A DNA stretch of 64,000 nucleotides from an uncultured virus (IMG/VR IMGVR_UViG_3300030118_005288) (taxonomy: Duplodnaviria > Heunggongvirae > Uroviricota > Caudoviricetes): positions 1 to 64,000 of IMG/VR virus record IMGVR_UViG_3300030118_005288. One strand, 5' to 3'. The notes under the pieces were generated by a model. That model was not told where the DNA came from. It did no database searches and was given only the letters and a program-made list of their open reading frames with translations. The translations under genes were made by a program, and so were the position numbers. Below, piece by piece: positions 44,392-58,000 of the stretch (positions are counted from its first letter, which is position 1; every line of letters begins with the position of its first letter).

Positions 44392-45876
44392 ATGGCAATT
44401 TCAAATCCTGGTGGTTTGTTAAACGCGGTACCAGCAACGGTACAACAAGCGTTTTCAACTAACTACCTAGACTTTACAAATGGGACTAACGACTGGTCTC
44501 AACAGTATCTTCCAGACTTAATGGAGAAAGAAGCTGAGGTTTTTGGTAAAAGAACTATTTCAGGTTTCTTATCTCAAGTAGGTGCGGAAGAAGCTATGCA
44601 ATCAGATCAGGTTATTTGGTCTGAGCAAGGAAGACTTCACTTAACTTACACTTGTAATATTAAGGACGCTTCTGCTAATTTAGTAGAAATATCAGGACAC
44701 GTTGATACTAATGCTACATATTCTAACGATCATGGTATTAGACAAGGTGACACTGTTATTATAGCTAACTCTACTAAAAGTGTTACAATAAAAGGTTATG
44801 TTAGCGCGATTAAAGTTAGTGGTGCTGCAAACGATATTACTGTAGCTCCGTATAACTCTAATGATTTAGAAGATACTAGAATTGGTATGGCTGATAACGA
44901 CTTAGCTGTTATTATGGTTTATGGTTCTGAGTACAAAAAAGGAGACAACTACAATGGTAGTGAAAATCATACTGCTAACGAGCCTTCTTTCAAGTCTTAC
45001 TCAAACAAGCCAATAATCATGAAAGACTTTTATCAAGTTTCTGGTTCTGATACATCTAGAATTGGTTGGGTTGAAGTAACTGGTGAAGCTGGTCAATCAG
45101 GTTACCTGTGGTATTTAAAAGCTGAAGGTGATACTAGATCAAGATTTACTGACTACATTGAGATGGCAATGATTGAAGGTGTTAAAGGTTCTAACGACAA
45201 CGTTGTTGACACTGCACTTGCAAACGACTCTTCTAATCCTGCTTCAAGCGTAGGTACTGAAGGTTTATTCGCTGCTATCGAATCAAGAGGTAATATTACT
45301 ACTGGTGTAACTGGTGTTAATGCTGCTACTGATTTAGCTGAGTTCGATGCAATACTTGCTGAGTTTGATAGACAAGGTGCTATTGAAGAAAACATGATGT
45401 TCACTAATAGAGCTACTGCTTTAGCTATTGATGACATGTTAGCTGGTATGAATTCTTACGGAGCTGGTGGTACTTCTTACGGAGTATTTAACAACTCAGA
45501 AGATATGGCACTTAATTTAGGTTTCTCTGGTTTCAGAAGAGGTTCTTATGACTTCTACAAGTCTGACTGGAAATACTTAAACGACAAAGGTACTAGAGGT
45601 TCAATTAACGACTTTGACAAAGTTAATGCTATCAGAGGGGTTATGATTCCTGCTGGTGTATCTTCTGTTTATGATGAAATGTTAGGAAAAAATCTCAAGA
45701 GACCTTTCTTACATGTTCGTTATAGAGCTTCACAAACAGATAACAGACGATTCAAAACTTGGGTTACTGGTTCTGTTGGTGCAGCTACAACTTCTTTAGA
45801 TGCGATGAACGTACACTTCTTATCTGAAAGATGTTTGATTACTCAAGGTGCTAATAACTTTATGTTAATGAAGTAA
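44392..45876 (+). CDS. Major capsid protein
   Basis: 494 aa after the scaffold; strongly biased codons; followed by a terminator. Confidence 0.82.
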   Translation: MAISNPGGLLNAVPATVQQAFSTNYLDFTNGTNDWSQQYLPDLMEKEAEVFGKRTISGFLSQVGAEEAMQSDQVIWSEQGRLHLTYTCNIKDASANLVEISGHVDTNATYSNDHGIRQGDTVIIANSTKSVTIKGYVSAIKVSGAANDITVAPYNSNDLEDTRIGMADNDLAVIMVYGSEYKKGDNYNGSENHTANEPSFKSYSNKPIIMKDFYQVSGSDTSRIGWVEVTGEAGQSGYLWYLKAEGDTRSRFTDYIEMAMIEGVKGSNDNVVDTALANDSSNPASSVGTEGLFAAIESRGNITTGVTGVNAATDLAEFDAILAEFDRQGAIEENMMFTNRATALAIDDMLAGMNSYGAGGTSYGVFNNSEDMALNLGFSGFRRGSYDFYKSDWKYLNDKGTRGSINDFDKVNAIRGVMIPAGVSSVYDEMLGKNLKRPFLHVRYRASQTDNRRFKTWVTGSVGAATTSLDAMNVHFLSERCLITQGANNFMLMK

Positions 45877-45890
45877 GCATTTTTATAAAA

Positions 45891-45922
45891 AGACCGGGGC
45901 TTCGGCCTCGGCCTTTTATTTT
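45891..45922 (+). terminator. Intrinsic terminator after the capsid gene
   Basis: CCGGGGC-TTCG-GCCTCGG followed by a T-rich tract. Confidence 0.85.
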
Positions 45923-45946
45923 ATTAATTTTATTATATATTATATT

Positions 45947-46753
45947 ATGGCAAAGAAAACAAAAAATGAAGAGGTAGAGGTACCTGTTGTTGAAGCACCA
46001 GTTGTTGAAGCACCAAAACCTAAAAAACCAGAGTGGGAAATAAAAGACAGATTATATTATTTAAAAGGTGAAATGAAGCCTTTATCTTACATAATTAAAA
46101 ATTCTCAGATATTTTGGTTTGATGAAGAAAAAGGTTACGAAAGAGAACTAAAATATACTTCTAATCAAAAAACTGTATTTGTTGACGAGTTTAAAGGTGA
46201 TGCTAGACCTGAGCATATAGTTTTTAGAGATGGTGTACTTTTTGTAGAAAGAACAAAAACCGTTTTACAAAAATTATTATCTATATATCACCCTCACAAA
46301 GATAAACTATTTTATGAGCACAAGCCTGTTGAAATAGCAGGAAATCAAATTGATTGGTTAGAAATGGAAGTTGATGCGTTGACAGCTGCTAGAGATGTGG
46401 ATATTGATATGGCAGAAGCTATTATGCGTGTTGAGGTTGGTTCTAGAGTATCTAAGATGAGTTCTAAGGAGCTTAGAAGAGATTTATTACTATACGCAAA
46501 GAATAACCCTGTGTTGTTCTTAGAATTAGTAAACGATGATAACGTACAACTTAGAAATTTTGGTATTAAAGCTACTGAAAATGGTATTATTAAATTATCA
46601 GCTGACCAAAGAACTTTTATGTGGGGTTCTAATGACAGAAAATTAATGAATGTACCGTTTGATGAGCACCCGTACACTGCTTTAGCAGCTTGGTTTAAAA
46701 CCGACGAAGGTATGGAGATATATGCTAATATTGAAAAAAGGTTAAATCAATAA
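45947..46753 (+). CDS. Hypothetical protein downstream of the capsid gene
   Basis: ORF track. Confidence 0.7.
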   Translation: MAKKTKNEEVEVPVVEAPVVEAPKPKKPEWEIKDRLYYLKGEMKPLSYIIKNSQIFWFDEEKGYERELKYTSNQKTVFVDEFKGDARPEHIVFRDGVLFVERTKTVLQKLLSIYHPHKDKLFYEHKPVEIAGNQIDWLEMEVDALTAARDVDIDMAEAIMRVEVGSRVSKMSSKELRRDLLLYAKNNPVLFLELVNDDNVQLRNFGIKATENGIIKLSADQRTFMWGSNDRKLMNVPFDEHPYTALAAWFKTDEGMEIYANIEKRLNQ

Positions 46754-46759
46754 TTAATT

Positions 46760-46800
46760 TATAGTAAGTAATCGCCCTTCGGGGTGATTACATTACTATA
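46760..46800 (+). other. Long UUCG-capped hairpin without a U-tract
   Basis: TATAGTAA-GTAATCGCCC-TTCG-GGGTGATTAC-A-TTACTATA. Confidence 0.7.
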
Positions 46801-46814
46801 TAAAATATAATAAT

Positions 46815-47003
46815 ATGACAAAATCAAAAGGACTAGGTGATACAGTAGAAAAAATTACAAAAGCAACTGGTATAAAAAAAGTTGTTGATACTGTTGCTAA
46901 AGCCGCTGGTAAAGATTGTGGCTGTGCAGCTAGAAAAGAAAAATTAAACAAAATGTTTCCTTACAATCCAAATGGAAACTGGTTAAGCCAAAGGTTTCAA
47001 TAA
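46815..47003 (+). CDS. Small basic protein with CGC motif
   Basis: GLGDTVEKIT...DCGC..RKEKLN..FPY. Confidence 0.7.
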   Translation: MTKSKGLGDTVEKITKATGIKKVVDTVAKAAGKDCGCAARKEKLNKMFPYNPNGNWLSQRFQ

Positions 47004-47014
47004 AACTTTAAAAC

Positions 47015-47788
47015 ATGGTAAATATAGATACAGTATATCAAAGAGTTTTAGCTATTGCAAATAAAGAGCAACGTGGTTATATAACACCGTTAGAATTTAA
47101 CTTGTTAGCTAACCAAGCAGCTATGGCTGTGTTTGAACAATATTTTTATGACAGAAGTAAATTAGCAGACGTGCCTGGTAACAAACTAGAATATTCTGAC
47201 GCTGATAAGATGATTGATGAAAAAATAGCTGTATTTAGTATTAACAACACTCCCGTTGTTGCTGGTGTAGATTTACCAGGTGATATATATAGATTAGGTG
47301 CTGTGTACCATAGAGAGTATGCACAAACGTTTGCTCCTCAACCAGTAGCTAATCCAAACAATTTTAAACTATACGAAGCAAAGTTAGTTAGTTCAAAAGA
47401 TTTTATAACAATGCAAAATGCACCGTTGTTAATGCCTACAAACAAAAGACCTGTATTTATTAGACAAACTGATGGTACTGTAAATGTTTTTGGTGATCAA
47501 GCTCAACAAATAACAATTGCAAACGTAGGTGGTGTTATACTCGATGCTGTGGTGTGTGATTATATTGCTCAGCCAGCTAGAGTTGAATGGGGCTATGATG
47601 TTGTTGGAGAAAAACCTTTACACAATGGTGCTCCAAATAGAACATTTCACTTTCCACATCACCCTTCTGATGAAACAGAACTTGTTTATAAAATCTTAGA
47701 GTTAGCAGGTGTTATTATTGAAGATCAAGGTATTGTTCAATATGCTAACACAAAAGAACAACAATTAGGACAAAAACAAAAATCATAA
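47015..47788 (+). CDS. Tail ring/adaptor protein (putative)
   Basis: Position after the head genes; NKEQRGYITPLEFN motif. Confidence 0.65.
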   Translation: MVNIDTVYQRVLAIANKEQRGYITPLEFNLLANQAAMAVFEQYFYDRSKLADVPGNKLEYSDADKMIDEKIAVFSINNTPVVAGVDLPGDIYRLGAVYHREYAQTFAPQPVANPNNFKLYEAKLVSSKDFITMQNAPLLMPTNKRPVFIRQTDGTVNVFGDQAQQITIANVGGVILDAVVCDYIAQPARVEWGYDVVGEKPLHNGAPNRTFHFPHHPSDETELVYKILELAGVIIEDQGIVQYANTKEQQLGQKQKS

Positions 47789-47791
47789 AGT

Positions 47792-49048
47792 ATGGGATTA
47801 ATACAACAAAATGAAGGTCAAAAATATAAAAGTAAAAAAACTTTTACAGGTGATGGTACAACTTTAACTTATGTTGTTTCCAAAGTTGTTGAAACATTTA
47901 ATCCTGCACACCAACAAATATATAATGCTATACAAGCTGGTGGTGTTAATACTAGTTTAATAAATAATTATGTAAAAGTTTATTTAGACGGAGATATTTA
48001 TCTTCAAAAAATAGTTGACACAGCTTCTACGCCAGTAAATACAATTTATGTAACCAGATGGAATTTTTATTTTACCAATGCAGACGGTTGGATATTAGAG
48101 TTTGACACCTCTGTCTTGGCTGATATACCTTCAGGTGTAAAAATAGAAATACATATTGATCAAGCTATTTGGAATAATCCAGTTACTGGTATTACAAATA
48201 TAACAACTAACAATTATCAAGTAACTTCACTAGAAGATATAATAAGTAACTTTATGATTGTTTATGTTGGTGAAGATAAATTTATATCAAAAGTAAATAG
48301 AACTGATGTTCAGTTTCATGCAATGAGAGCTTTGCAAGAATTAAGTTTTGATACTTTTAAATCTTGTAAATCTATGGAGTTAGAAGTTCCACCATCATTA
48401 GTTTTACCTTTACCAAATGATTATGTAAACTATGTAAAGTTAAGTTGGAAAGATGATTCAGGTATACAAAGACCTATATATCCAGCGCAAGATACTTCAA
48501 ACCCAAAACCTTATAAACAAGACGCAGATGGTAATATTTTATTTGATGTTAATGGTGATGGTTTTAGCGATACAGATACTGTTTTATCTGACAAAGACTC
48601 TGACACATGGAACACGTATAAATCTTCTGTACCGTCTGAATCTCAAGACGATTATCAAGATGATACGTTTTGGCCACATAGTGGTAGAAGATACGGTTTA
48701 GAATCAAGTCATGCTAATACAAATGGTGTTTACTATATTGACTGCGCTAGACATATGATAAACTTTAGTTCTAATATATCTGGTAAAACTATAATACTAG
48801 ATTATGTAAGCGATAGCTTGGGAACTGATGAAGAAATGGTTGTACATAAAATGGCTGAAGAAGCAATGTACAAATGGATTATGTATGGTATACTTTCGAC
48901 AAGATCAAATATACCAGAATACATAGTACAAAGATATAAAAAAGAAAGATTTGCTGAAACAAGAAAAGCAAAATTAAGATTATCTAATATTAAATTAGAA
49001 GAAATTACACAGGTATTAAGAGGAAAATCTAAATTTATAAAACACTAG
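47792..49048 (+). CDS. Tail ring/tubular protein (putative)
   Basis: LPNDYVNYVKL motif; gene position. Confidence 0.65.
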   Translation: MGLIQQNEGQKYKSKKTFTGDGTTLTYVVSKVVETFNPAHQQIYNAIQAGGVNTSLINNYVKVYLDGDIYLQKIVDTASTPVNTIYVTRWNFYFTNADGWILEFDTSVLADIPSGVKIEIHIDQAIWNNPVTGITNITTNNYQVTSLEDIISNFMIVYVGEDKFISKVNRTDVQFHAMRALQELSFDTFKSCKSMELEVPPSLVLPLPNDYVNYVKLSWKDDSGIQRPIYPAQDTSNPKPYKQDADGNILFDVNGDGFSDTDTVLSDKDSDTWNTYKSSVPSESQDDYQDDTFWPHSGRRYGLESSHANTNGVYYIDCARHMINFSSNISGKTIILDYVSDSLGTDEEMVVHKMAEEAMYKWIMYGILSTRSNIPEYIVQRYKKERFAETRKAKLRLSNIKLEEITQVLRGKSKFIKH

Positions 49049-49051
49049 AAT

Positions 49052-52000
49052 ATGCCGGAAATGAAAAATAGTTTTCAAAGAGGTAAGATGAACAAAGACC
49101 TCGATGAAAGACTAGTGCCAAATGGTGAATATAGAGATGCGTTAAATGTACAAGTATCTACTTCTGACACTTCAGACGTGGGCTCTTTACAAACTGTTAT
49201 GGGTAACACTGCTTTAACTAGTGTTTTTCCATCTGATAGTGTTTGTGTTGGTTCGATAACAGATGAAAAAAATGATAAGATATATTGGTTGGTTGCTGGA
49301 GCAACAACAGATGTAATAGCAGAATATGATTATGTATCAGAAACAGTAGAACCTGTCTGTGTAGATAGACATGCCTTTTACGGTAGACGTACTTTAAACT
49401 TTAGAAGAGAAAACCTAGTGACAGGTTTAAATGTCATGGACGGTTTTATTTTTTGGACAGATAACTTTTCTGAACCTAAAAAAGTAAACATACAAAGATG
49501 TAAACTTGGTTCATCTGGTTTTAATAACCACACGTTGTTCATGGTTAAAGATGTTAGCATAGGCGCTATACCAAATAATTTTACGCCAGCTTTAGATATT
49601 AATGGTGTTAGTATACCTATACAAGAAAAACATTTAACTATAATAAAAAAAGGTCCTGACGCTGCTCCTGTTCTTGAGATGAGAGATACTACTGTTGGTG
49701 ACTGGGATGGTGACGGTATAGTTGGTGGTAGTGAGTTATCTGCACCTGTTACAAACGCATCTTCTATTACTTTTTTAGACGGTGACGGTGAGTTTGTGCC
49801 TAATATAACTATAAACACTGCGTCTGGAACAGACTTTCCACCTGATTCTTTTCTTAATATATACAAGTCAAACGATAGGTCTATAAAAGTTAGAGTAAAA
49901 ATTAACGGGCCTGGTGGACCTGTAGGTTACAATGTAGATATACTTTCTGGTAACAAAGATATAGCGGGTGAAACTGATTTAATAGTTGAACTTGAACAAG
50001 AAGAAGCTTTATTTGAGTTTAAATTTCCTAGATTTGCGTATAGATACAAATACGAAGATGGTGAGTATTCTCCTTACTCTCCTTTTACACAACCAGCATT
50101 TTTACCTGGCAGATTTATTTATTTACCTAAAGAAGGTTATAATCTTGGTATGGTTAATAGATTAAGAAGATTAGCTATAAAAGATTTTGTACATACAAGA
50201 AGCATGCCAGAAGATGTAGTTGCTATAGACGTGCTTTATAAAGAATCTAACTCACCAAACGTATACTCTGTAAAAACTATAAAAAGAAGAGGTTACAACC
50301 CTGATAAATGGGACGAATACAACGCTGTTTCAGAAGACCTAGTTGTTGAAAACGGTATACAAATAGGTGATGGTTGGGCTGGTAGAACAAAAGGGTTTTT
50401 ACCTATAACAACAGAAATGATACACGCTGTTTTACCTTCTAATCAATTGTTAAGACCGTGGGATAATGTTCCTAGAAAAGCTTTAGCTCAAGAAATCGTT
50501 GGTAATAGATTAGTCTACGGTAACTATTTACAAAACTATAATCTTTCAAATAACGCAACTGGTGATTCCAATATAAAAGTAGATTTAAAAGTAGGTATAA
50601 GATCTAGAAGTTTAGGTTCAATATCACCTGAAGAAGTAGAAGCTGGTCCAAATAGACGTAGTATAAAATACAGTCCTAGTAAATCTTTAAAAACACTAAG
50701 AACATATCAGGTTGGTGTTGTTTATATAGACAAATATGGTAGAGAAACACCTGTGTTTTCAGAAGACAAAAGAGGTAGAACAGCAACAGGTGCTGCAACT
50801 TCTCAAGCATCTGTTTATAACAAAAAAGAAAACGCAAACAAAAAAAATAGTTTAACAGTAGAACTTAAAAACGATCCGCCAGACTGGGCTACGCATTTTA
50901 AACTATTTGTAAAAGAAACATCTAACGAGTATTACAATTTAGCAATGGATCGTTGGTACGATGCTGAGGACGGTAATATTTGGTTAAGTTTTCCGTCTGC
51001 AGAAAGAAATAAAGTAGATGAAGAAACATTTTTAATACTTAAAAAAGCACATGACGCTAATACATTTATATCTGCTCCTGCTAGATATAAAATCATAGCA
51101 ATATCTAACGAAGCGCCTAGGTTTATTAAACTTAGCAATATATCACAAGGTGGTATTATTGATGATGGTGCTACATTAGGCCTGTCTGCCGCAGGTTTTC
51201 CTTTAGAGGGCGGATTTTTTATATACGTAGAAAAAAGTAATTTTGAAAATGTTGGCTGGAAAGAGTCTTTAGTAAATCAAGATATATCACAAGTTTTTAT
51301 GAGGGTAAAGTCTGCCTCTGGTATAAGTGAATATTACAGACTAAAGCAAATTACCTTTGACGCATCTACAGGTACTTATTATAAGTTAGAGTCTGATAGA
51401 GTTTTTGGACCAGACATGGCTCACACTTCGCCAGATGGTACTTTTTTAAACAGAATAACTAACTGTGAATTACAATTAATAAAAAGAATACCTGAAGACA
51501 AAGCAGAATTTGAAGGAAGATTTTTTGTAAAAGTTTTAAAAGACAATATATTAATAGAGTCGTTAAATATAACACCTAACTCTGGTCTTGATTACATTGC
51601 TGTTGCAAGCATGCAAGTTCAGTACATAAATCCACTAGCAGCACAAGCAACTGGTGGTTGGGACGGTTTTGGTACTAATAAGTACAAAATATCTATGGAC
51701 AAGCGTAATGATGATAGATGGACAAGGCCTGGTAGTAGTGCACCGGCTGGACATGGTCAAGATTTTTGGAAATACGCTAGTGACGATACAACAACAAACA
51801 ACTCTAATTCTTTAGCTATTTCTAGTGGTTGGTTTATTGATGCTGTAGAAGGTTTTAGACCTTGGAAAGGTAATTATTGGGGTAAAAACGTGGGTGAAAG
51901 AAGTACAGGTGCTATAGACAGACCAAGTGCTTGGGCAGTAAATTTTTGCTGGGGCTTTTTTAGTAGTTACCACAATGATTTTGATGATGGTGAGTTTGAT

Positions 52001-55000
52001 AGAAGATTACACGCTTTAGGTACAAACACTTATGGAACTACAGGTAACAATTATTTAGGTTCAAGTGGTTCAAAAAAAATGAAATCACCAAATAACGTAC
52101 TAGCAACAACTCCTTCTGCTGATGGAGGACCAATAGCACCTGGTGTTGGTATAGATCCTAATAGTGGTATTATAAATTTATCTTATTCAGGTTTAAATGA
52201 AGACGATGGTGGTTTGACTGCAACATCTGGAAACTGGGCCGACGTACTAACCACACATTATTTTGTTGATGCAGCTAAGCACGCTGCTGACGAACTTTTT
52301 ATAGGTAAGCTTTTAACACCTGGTACTATATGGAGATGGAAAGAAGATCCAGATCAAGTTTTATATAAAACCGTGGCAATGACAGGTTTGTCTACAACAT
52401 CAACTCCTTATACTAGTGCTCAATGGACTAATGAAGGTTTAGATTTTGATGGTAATCCTGGTATAGTTCTTTTTAATTATGTAAGCTTTGCAGATTATTT
52501 AATTAATAATCACACTCATAGAGTTGAATATTGCTGGGGTAGCGGAGATAAAGAAGATGACAAACCAGATTGGGTAACAAGAAATATTGGAAATCATACT
52601 GCTAGCGGTACGTGTTGTGGGGGTTGTATTCCTTGTGGTGGTGGGCTTGCTTGGACTTTAGTAAACACATCTTGCTCTATTACAGCTGGTACAGGGTGTG
52701 GTTGTAATCATACTGGTACATCTGGATCAAACGCTTGGGGACTTATACCTAATTATCCTGAGCATTATAAATTTCCTAACCTTGTTGATGATTGGGCAAA
52801 ATCAAAAAATAAAAGAAGAAGATTTAGATTTAAAGCAGAGACGTTAAGTGATCCTACAATACCACTTGGTGGTACTGGTCATAATTATTTACCAACAAAT
52901 AATCCTACTTTTGCTCCACACTTTGATCATACAGCTACAGCTATAACAATAGATCCTAGCACAAACGCTGCTTTTGTAGATCCAGCACCTGGCATTAGAC
53001 CTGACGGTATGCACACTGGTTACACAGAACCTACTGGTAACTGGACTTGGAATCCTGGAACCGGCTCAACAACAGAAACACTTATACCTCAATACAAAAG
53101 ATGGAGCTCTGATAACATTGCTATAACACCAGCGCCTGGTAGTGTAACTTGGGAGATAGTAGAACCTTTCACACCTGGTGAAGGTAAATTTAGTAGCACT
53201 AACCCTGCTATATGGGAAACAGAACCTAAAGAAGATGTTGGTTTAGATATTTATTACGAAGTAGGTCATAAATACCCTATATACTTAAACGATAGAACAA
53301 TAGAGCAATTTGTTGGCGCTGTACACGAAGACATTTCTAAAAACTCTTATGTGCAATGTTGGGATCCTGCGCCACCAATAGGTAACAGCGCTGGAACAAT
53401 ATCTTTAAATGCTGGTGGTAATAGCGATATGAGAGTTTACGCTGCGCATGGTAGGTTTGTTCAGCTAGCAGATACTTTAGGTAATGTTTTAGACGCTAAC
53501 AACCCTGCACATATTTTACCTACTACAGGTGCTTATTTAATATTCTACAGAGCAGACGGAAGCACTACAGAAGCACATGTTGGTGTTGGTACATACAATA
53601 ATAACGGTACTTGGTTTGAGTTAGTTGGTAACTCTTTTAATGATGACGTTGGTGTTCATAGTAAAATGATAGAGGTGCCTTGGTTTAATTGTTACTCATT
53701 TGGTAATGGTGTTGAGTCTGATAGAATACGTGATGACTTTAACCAAGTTACAATAGACAATGGACCTAAAGCATCTACAACACTAGAAGAGCCTTATTTA
53801 GAAGATAGAAGAAAAAGTGGTTTTATATGGTCTGGTATATATAACTCTAAAAGTGGTGTTAACAATTTAAACCAGTTTATACAAGCAGAAGCCATAACAA
53901 AAGACGCAAACCCTGTTTATGGTAGTATACAAAAAATGCATGTTAGAGATAATGACTTAGTTGCTTTTTGTGAAGATAGAGTGTTAAAAGTTTTAGCTAA
54001 TAAAGATGCTTTATTTAATGCTGATGGTAATACAAATTTAGTTTCAACAAATAGAGTTCTTGGAAATATAAGACCTTTTGTTGGTGACTTTGGTATATCT
54101 CAAAATCCAGAATCTTTTGCAAGTGATTCTTATAGATCTTATTTTTCAGACACAAGTAGAGGCGCTATCGTTAGGCTATCTCAAGACGGATTAACAGCAA
54201 TATCTAACTTAGGTATGAAAGACTGGTTTGCTGATAATCTACCTTCTTACAACAGAATTATTGGTAGTTTTGATGATAATAAAAACGAATATAACATAAC
54301 ATTAACTAAGGTAAATAAATCTGGTTATATTACTCCAAGTTATGGTTATATGCCTAAGACGTTATCTTTTAATGAACCTGCAAATGGTTGGGTTAGTTTT
54401 AAATCTTTTATAAAAGAAAGTGGTTTAAGTTTAAATAACTCTTACTATACTTATTTTGAAGGTAATTTATATCAACATCATGACAATGAAATTAGAAATA
54501 ATTTTTACAATGTTCAGTATGAGTCTAGTGTTGATGTTTTATTTAACCAAGCACCTGGCGTAATAAAGAGTTTTAAAACTTTAAATTATGAAGGTACACA
54601 ATCAAGAGTAACACCTGATTTAAATAACAACCCTGATTACTATGATAATTATTTAAAGCAAGGTTGGTATGTAAACGAAATGATATCAGATGTTCAAGAG
54701 TTAGGTGTGATGGAGTTTTGGGACAAAGAAGACAAGTGGTTTAGTCAAATAAAAGGTGTTGCTACAGAGTGGTTAAATGATGGTACAGCTGGTAACATAG
54801 ATCCTAGAGAGTTTTCTTTTCAAGGTATAGGTAATGCTTTTGACGTTGAGTGTGCTGACTGTCCAGATGTAGTTAGTTATGACTGTATAAATCAGCCAGC
54901 TGGATCTGTATCAGATTGTGATAATAGAACTTTACTTCCACTTCCTCCAGGGAACTACAATCCAGGTAACTATACTGTACACCCAGGTCATTTTAGAGAT

Positions 55001-58000
55001 GAAGACTATTGGTTTTTACCAGGTAATGTTAACAAGAAAAGAAGTGATTATAAATTTATAGCTGGTCTACCAGGTACAAATAATGCGACTTACAACTCTC
55101 TTACACCAGGTTCTAATCCTGATTGGGTAGATCCAAACGATCAATCACAAGGTTGGTACCAAAAATATGATGACATCCGTTTATACTCTTATGATTCTAC
55201 ACCTGTTTTATTATTTCAGTGTGATACTGTAGCAGAAATGATAAACTGGGTTGCTACTAATTACGGATCGTTTTTCTCTAGTCCAAACGCAACTAACTTT
55301 CCAGCTCCATCTCCTGGAATGGCATATCAAAACTTTTGGGGTACTTGGTATGTAGCTTGGCACAATACGTCTTTTGTTCCAGCTGGCTCTAATGCAAACA
55401 GAAGAAACAGTCTTATATACACCTCTCCTTGTCAAAGAGTGTTTTCGCCTGGAGGTGCAAGGTGTACAGAAATACAAGGCCCTGGTGGTGCTTACGCTAC
55501 AATGCAACAATGTATTGAGGGTGGTTGTGGACAGCCAGAAGAATCTTATAATTGTGATCCTCAAGCTGGTTGCGTTGATCCTGGAGATGGTACTGGTCAA
55601 TTTTCTACTTATTGTGAGTGTGTTGAATCAAGGTGTTGTCCAGAATCACAGGCATACTTTTTTGAATGTCAAAACATTAACCCGCCTTCAAACACGGCTA
55701 TAGTTTTTGGTTGTATGGACGATGGTATTACAACTGATCCGTGGATTACCCAAGATAGACCAGCTGGTTGGGTTGGTCCTGCTTCAAACTATTACGCTGG
55801 AGCTCAAGCTGATGATTGCAGTTGTATATACCAAACAGTTTCTACTTGGGACTGTATAAACAGTAGTTGCGTAGAGGTGTTTAATGGTACTGGTCAATAT
55901 CCATCACTTGCTGTGTGTCAACAAAATTGCGCACCACCTTGTGCGGGTCCTTTTGTTCCAACGCCACCTGCATTAACACATATAATAAGTAATAGGCCTG
56001 GTGGATGTAATTTAGGAGATTATTTTAATACTGGTGCGGCTGAACTTGGTATAACAAACAATAGTATAAATCCTACTAATTGGTTTGTACAAGTGTTTGA
56101 TAGTAATAATAACTTAATACACACGTCAGCTAATGTTTCTGGTGTTACTAGTATTATTGTTAACAATTTAGCACCTGGTATTTATACTTATAAGATTATT
56201 GATATTGATACTAATTGTGATTACGATTATACGTTTGAAATATTATGCGAAGACCCACCGCCTCCACCACCTGTAACTTATGATTGTGTACTGGTAAATG
56301 GTATACATACTTGTGTAGATCCAGGTACTGGTAACGGGCAATATACAGGGTCAAGCGCACTTACTGATTGTCAAACGGATCCAAACTCACCTTGTAATCC
56401 TAATTACCAAACAGGTGGTTGTACAGATCCTTGTGCTTGTAATTGGGATCCAAATGCTAATTATGATGATGGTAGTTGTATTTATGATTGTGATACCGGC
56501 GGTCTAACACTTTTTGATGCTAGTGTTGGTTACCAAAACCAATTAAACGCTGGTGTGTACACGGGCTCAGAAATAACTATAATTACAAATGCCTTGAACG
56601 GTCTTGTAAGTGCGTCTAATAGTACTGGTGGACCTACGACTTGTTATGATTGTGGTGGTCCTGGTGTAAATTTACCTAACGAGCCATATTTTGTAAATAA
56701 CGAGTCAATGATGGAGTCTTTTGTTCGTACTTATGGAATAGACACGGATACAAGAGATTATAAGTTTTATAGAAGCCAAACTTATTTAAATCCTTCAATT
56801 AGAACCTATATGAATTTAAGAATTTCCCATATAGATCTTAATGGTTGGTACCAGCAACCTCAAAACTTCTTTACTTGGAGAGATTACATTGACACTGCTA
56901 TTGCAACAGGAGTAATAACAAACGTGACAGATCTTATTGATGTTGGTTGTACTACTGGAACTTGTCAAACCGCACCTCATCAGTTTGACTCATCAACTGG
57001 TTATAGAATTGATTTAGATGCTGTAAGATATGTTATACATACTAGTATGGAAGCTGCTGGTGTTGAAACTTGTAATGGTATTATTAGTACTTATAATCAA
57101 AGTGGTCATGGTCAATATGACGATAAAAACTGCGATAGAACTAATGTTACACTGTGTGATCCTTGTGTTGTTCCAGCTACAAATCCTTGTGGCCCACCGC
57201 CACCACAGACTACGTATCCTTGCATACCAGGTGACCCTAATTCTTGTATGCCGGGTTATACACCTTTAGGCCCTAACGTTTACACAAATCTTCAAGACTG
57301 TATAACAGCTTGCCATAGGATTGGTGTGGGTGAAGAACCTTTAAGTTATGATTGTATTAATGGAACATGTGTTGATCCTGGAACTGGTAATGGTCAATAT
57401 GCTACATTAGCCGCTTGTCAAGCTGTTTGTAATATTAGTCCAGTTGGACAAAACTACGCATGTGAAGGTCCTGCTGGTTCTCAAAATTGTATTCCAACCT
57501 CTAGCCCTGTTGGTACTTACGGAAGTACAGTTGTATATGGTGACCAGGCAACATGTCTAGCTAATTGTGGTACGGTTAGTTCTACTGATATAGCGTGGGG
57601 AGGTTGTTGTCACCCATCTTCAATGGAGTACTCTCAACTTGGTCCTAATGGTCTTCCTTGTCACGCAGACAGCCTATGTCTTTGTTACTACGATCCGTTT
57701 CATTGTACTCTTCCAAATTGTTTTGTTGGTGACACTAAAGTGTTATTAGCAGATGGTTCAAGTAAAAACATTGAAAATGTTGTGATTGGAGATATAGTAA
57801 GTTCTTACGATCAAGAAAACAAAGAGTTATCCGATGCTGTTGTAGTAGCTACACGATCGCAAGTTTCAAAAAACATGGTTGAATTTACTTTTAGCAACGG
57901 GGTTACAACAAAAAATACTTCGGACCACCCTTACTATGTAGAGCAAAAAGGTTGGGTATCATACGCAGATGATTTAAAAGTTGGCGATGTTTGCTATACT

